From an uncultured Porphyromonadaceae bacterium (lineage in GTDB: Bacteria; Bacteroidota; Bacteroidia; Bacteroidales; Muribaculaceae): DNA of 64,000 bases. Made by a program: the position numbers and the translations under genes. The notes beneath the pieces are model-generated. The model was not told the origin of the DNA and made no database searches. It saw nothing but the letters and a program-made list of their open reading frames with translations. Location: the NCBI GenBank assembly GCA_947643665.1, contig CANRWW010000003.1:4340-68339 (forward strand), given 5' to 3'. The number at the start of each line of letters is the position of its first letter. Within the stretch, counting starts at the first letter, position 1. Positions 61,911-64,000 of this stretch are shown here, piece by piece.

Positions 61911-64000
61911 TCACAAAATGATTTCCGGGAGATTACGGACGATCTCCACGGACTGAACCGACATGTTGATCACGGCAAGCAGTGTGTCAAGTATGTAAGT
62001 GGGAGTGCCGTGTTCATGGCTCCATTCGTTGGGATCGTTCTTTATCTTGGACTTGGGATCTATGCTTATCGCATAACGCTCCATCAACCATTCAATGGCC
62101 GGTTTGCCATTTATGATATATTCATAGGCGATCAGGGGTATGTTGTCAATCGTTATGTGGTTATTGTATATGATACGTGACTTGTCGGGCGCAAGTTTGC
62201 CTTGTCCGTTGCGCACTTTCGGGAATGTCATTTTATCAACCTTGAAGTTTTCAGCGGACATATTGACAACTACATCTGGATGCGGCGGCATATTTTCATA
62301 GTTCAGGTGCATCTCCGCGAGGGCTTTACCTGCTTTATAGAAAGCCATGAAGTCATGTATGTCGTCAACCACAGGTAAATGCGGAAGCGATTTCCTCAAG
62401 TCTGCGGCAAAACGTTTGCGATAGTGCGGAGAATGAAGTATGCCGTAGATGTAGTAAAATATATGCTCTTTGGTTATGGCTTGGGCATTCCCGAAACGTT
62501 TGCGGATTTCTTTTAGAATCCAGTCGGTTATGCCGTCGCGACGTATATACTTTCCTGCATCGTCGTCAAGATCGAAAAGGGTGCCTTGGATATCCTTTCG
62601 CTCTTCATACCAATATAGCGGGAAACATTGGCTTTTGCCAATAAGTTCAAGATCGGGGATGGAGTTAGTTATAATGCAAGTAAAGTCTTTGGTGACTCCT
62701 ACTCCTGATACGCATATGACAAGGTTCTCAGAATTTTTTACCGGGAATAATTTTGTTATCTGGTATTGGCGCTCAATTAGCGGTTTATACCAGAATAACT
62801 GTTGCCTGAAGAAGGGACGGTATATGGCTTCACGGATTTCGCCATTTGTAAAAGAATATCTTTTGCCATTGTAGAAATCGTTGGCTACGGAAGTTGTCCA
62901 GCTTAGTTTTGTAGTGCCGTATTGAGGTTTAGCCGCCTCACCGCTGGAAACTTTATCAAGATTTTGATTATAGAAGTCTATGCTTTCCCGGGCTGTTGAT
63001 TCCACACGGGATTTGGAAGAGTTGTAAGCCCATGAGTCTCTTTGTGTCTTTGCGCCATTTGAGTATGTGGAAAAGAAAGACCGGGCTTTGTGGTCGAATT
63101 TCGTGTCGGGAGCCAGGGGTATAAGCGAGTCAAATATGCCGTCGCGTTGGTTGATCCAATCGTGCTGGTCTGTTGGTTCTATGATTTTCCAGTCTATGGA
63201 ACGGCTGTGGACGGATTTGAATTTTTTTACAAGGTCAAGTTTTTGCTCGCGGGTCAGGTAGTCTCCGATGTCGTGGTAATGGATTGTTGCCTTTCTGCCG
63301 GTTTTCGCCGGATTCTTGACGAGGAAAGTCATGGATATAGGTGTCCTGGAACCGCCTCCGAATATTTTGCCACCCTCTTTGCGTGAAAGTTCGCCGCTGG
63401 TACGTTGGTTCCCCCTCAGGTTGAGCACATATATGTCGGTAAATTCCGTTTCAAGGCAGGCACGGAAACCGTCCTGTGCGTTGCCGTCAATCCATGATCC
63501 GTTGCTTATGAAGGCCACGATGCCGCCATCCGGATTGTGACCGATGCGGTCTGACGCCCAACGGAATGCCTTGATATAACTGTCGTAAAGTGAGTTTTTG
63601 TTTGTGGCGCCGGTAAGACGGGCGTATGTTTCTGAAATGCGGGCATCCAGAATCGGGTAAGACAGGTTCTGCGCATTGTCGTTTGCAGATTTTTGTCCTA
63701 CGGAATATGGCGGGTTGCCGATTATGATCCGGATGGGTGCTTGTTTCTGCTTCATCACACCTTGGTAATTTTCCCGGAAGAATTCTTGTGCCAGGGTGTT
63801 TTCGGAAGATTCTGCAAGCTGGAATGTGTCGGTAAGACATATTCCGTCGTAGTTTGTATAATGGTCTGGTTTGGCTAGATCGTGATATACGGCCTCTATG
63901 TTGACATCGGCTATGTAGTATGCGAGCAACACTATTTCGTTGCAATGGATTTCATGCAGGTATTTGCGTTCCATGTCTTCCGGTCTTATAAGGCCGGATT
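61911..64000 (-). CDS. Type ISP-like restriction-modification enzyme, N6-adenine methyltransferase plus C-terminal specificity region (N-terminus off-window)
   Basis: The frame stays open upstream of the track's Met and through the window edge (..SGLIRPEDMERKYLHEIHCNEIVLLAYYIADVNIE). MTase motif IV, IIIGNPPYSVGQKS, is encoded at 63705-63716. The long C-terminal region (..FPLYWYE..HIFYYIYGILHSPHYRKRFAADLRK..PRIP-like..YENMPP..) resembles the type ISP C-terminal specificity domain. Confidence 0.78.
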   Translation of the reverse strand, partial: SGLIRPEDMERKYLHEIHCNEIVLLAYYIADVNIEAVYHDLAKPDHYTNYDGICLTDTFQLAESSENTLAQEFFRENYQGVMKQKQAPIRIIIGNPPYSVGQKSANDNAQNLSYPILDARISETYARLTGATNKNSLYDSYIKAFRWASDRIGHNPDGGIVAFISNGSWIDGNAQDGFRACLETEFTDIYVLNLRGNQRTSGELSRKEGGKIFGGGSRTPISMTFLVKNPAKTGRKATIHYHDIGDYLTREQKLDLVKKFKSVHSRSIDWKIIEPTDQHDWINQRDGIFDSLIPLAPDTKFDHKARSFFSTYSNGAKTQRDSWAYNSSKSRVESTARESIDFYNQNLDKVSSGEAAKPQYGTTKLSWTTSVANDFYNGKRYSFTNGEIREAIYRPFFRQQLFWYKPLIERQYQITKLFPVKNSENLVICVSGVGVTKDFTCIITNSIPDLELIGKSQCFPLYWYEERKDIQGTLFDLDDDAGKYIRRDGITDWILKEIRKRFGNAQAITKEHIFYYIYGILHSPHYRKRFAADLRKSLPHLPVVDDIHDFMAFYKAGKALAEMHLNYENMPPHPDVVVNMSAENFKVDKMTFPKVRNGQGKLAPDKSRIIYNNHITIDNIPLIAYEYIINGKPAIEWLMERYAISIDPKSKIKNDPNEWSHEHGTPTYILDTLLAVINMSVQSVEIVRNLPEIIL

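Overview
This window looks like a core-genome stretch of a Bacteroidota chromosome, most likely Bacteroidales. That assignment is an inference from three things: TAnnTTTG -7 promoter boxes recur in front of most transcription units, a T9SS type-B C-terminal sorting domain is present, and there is a DUF6377-type transmembrane regulator. I call about 50 protein genes and one tRNA-Glu(CUC). The protein genes are almost all housekeeping:
- DNA repair and recombination: uvrA, recQ, recR.
- Proteostasis and translation: clpX, clpP, tig, lon, smpB, prfA, ffh.
- Nucleotide, cofactor and amino-acid metabolism: purL, pyrF, folD, panC, panD, lysC, glnA.
- Central and energy metabolism: pgk, gpmI, class I fumarase, and an acyl-CoA dehydrogenase with etfBA.

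I saw no rRNA, CRISPR array, transposase, integrase or prophage genes. Three loci look accessory: a single-gene AT-rich RhuM-family islet (18.1-19.9 kb), a type ISP-like N6-adenine methyltransferase/specificity gene cut by the right edge (61.9-64.0 kb), and a T9SS cargo protein (4.7-6.1 kb).

I did not find a convincing multi-gene novel system. The items most worth a second look are:
- an orphan histidine-kinase-like sensor whose H-box has Ser where the phospho-acceptor His should be;
- the roughly 200-nt leader in front of that gene, which carries a Cys-rich 51-codon sORF whose stop overlaps the kinase start (TAATG);
- a 187-nt imperfect inverted-repeat element in a divergent promoter region (35974-36160);
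- a GC-rich non-coding block plus a perfect 28-bp palindrome upstream of dus.

All calls come from reading the sequence and recognising motifs; no database search was run.
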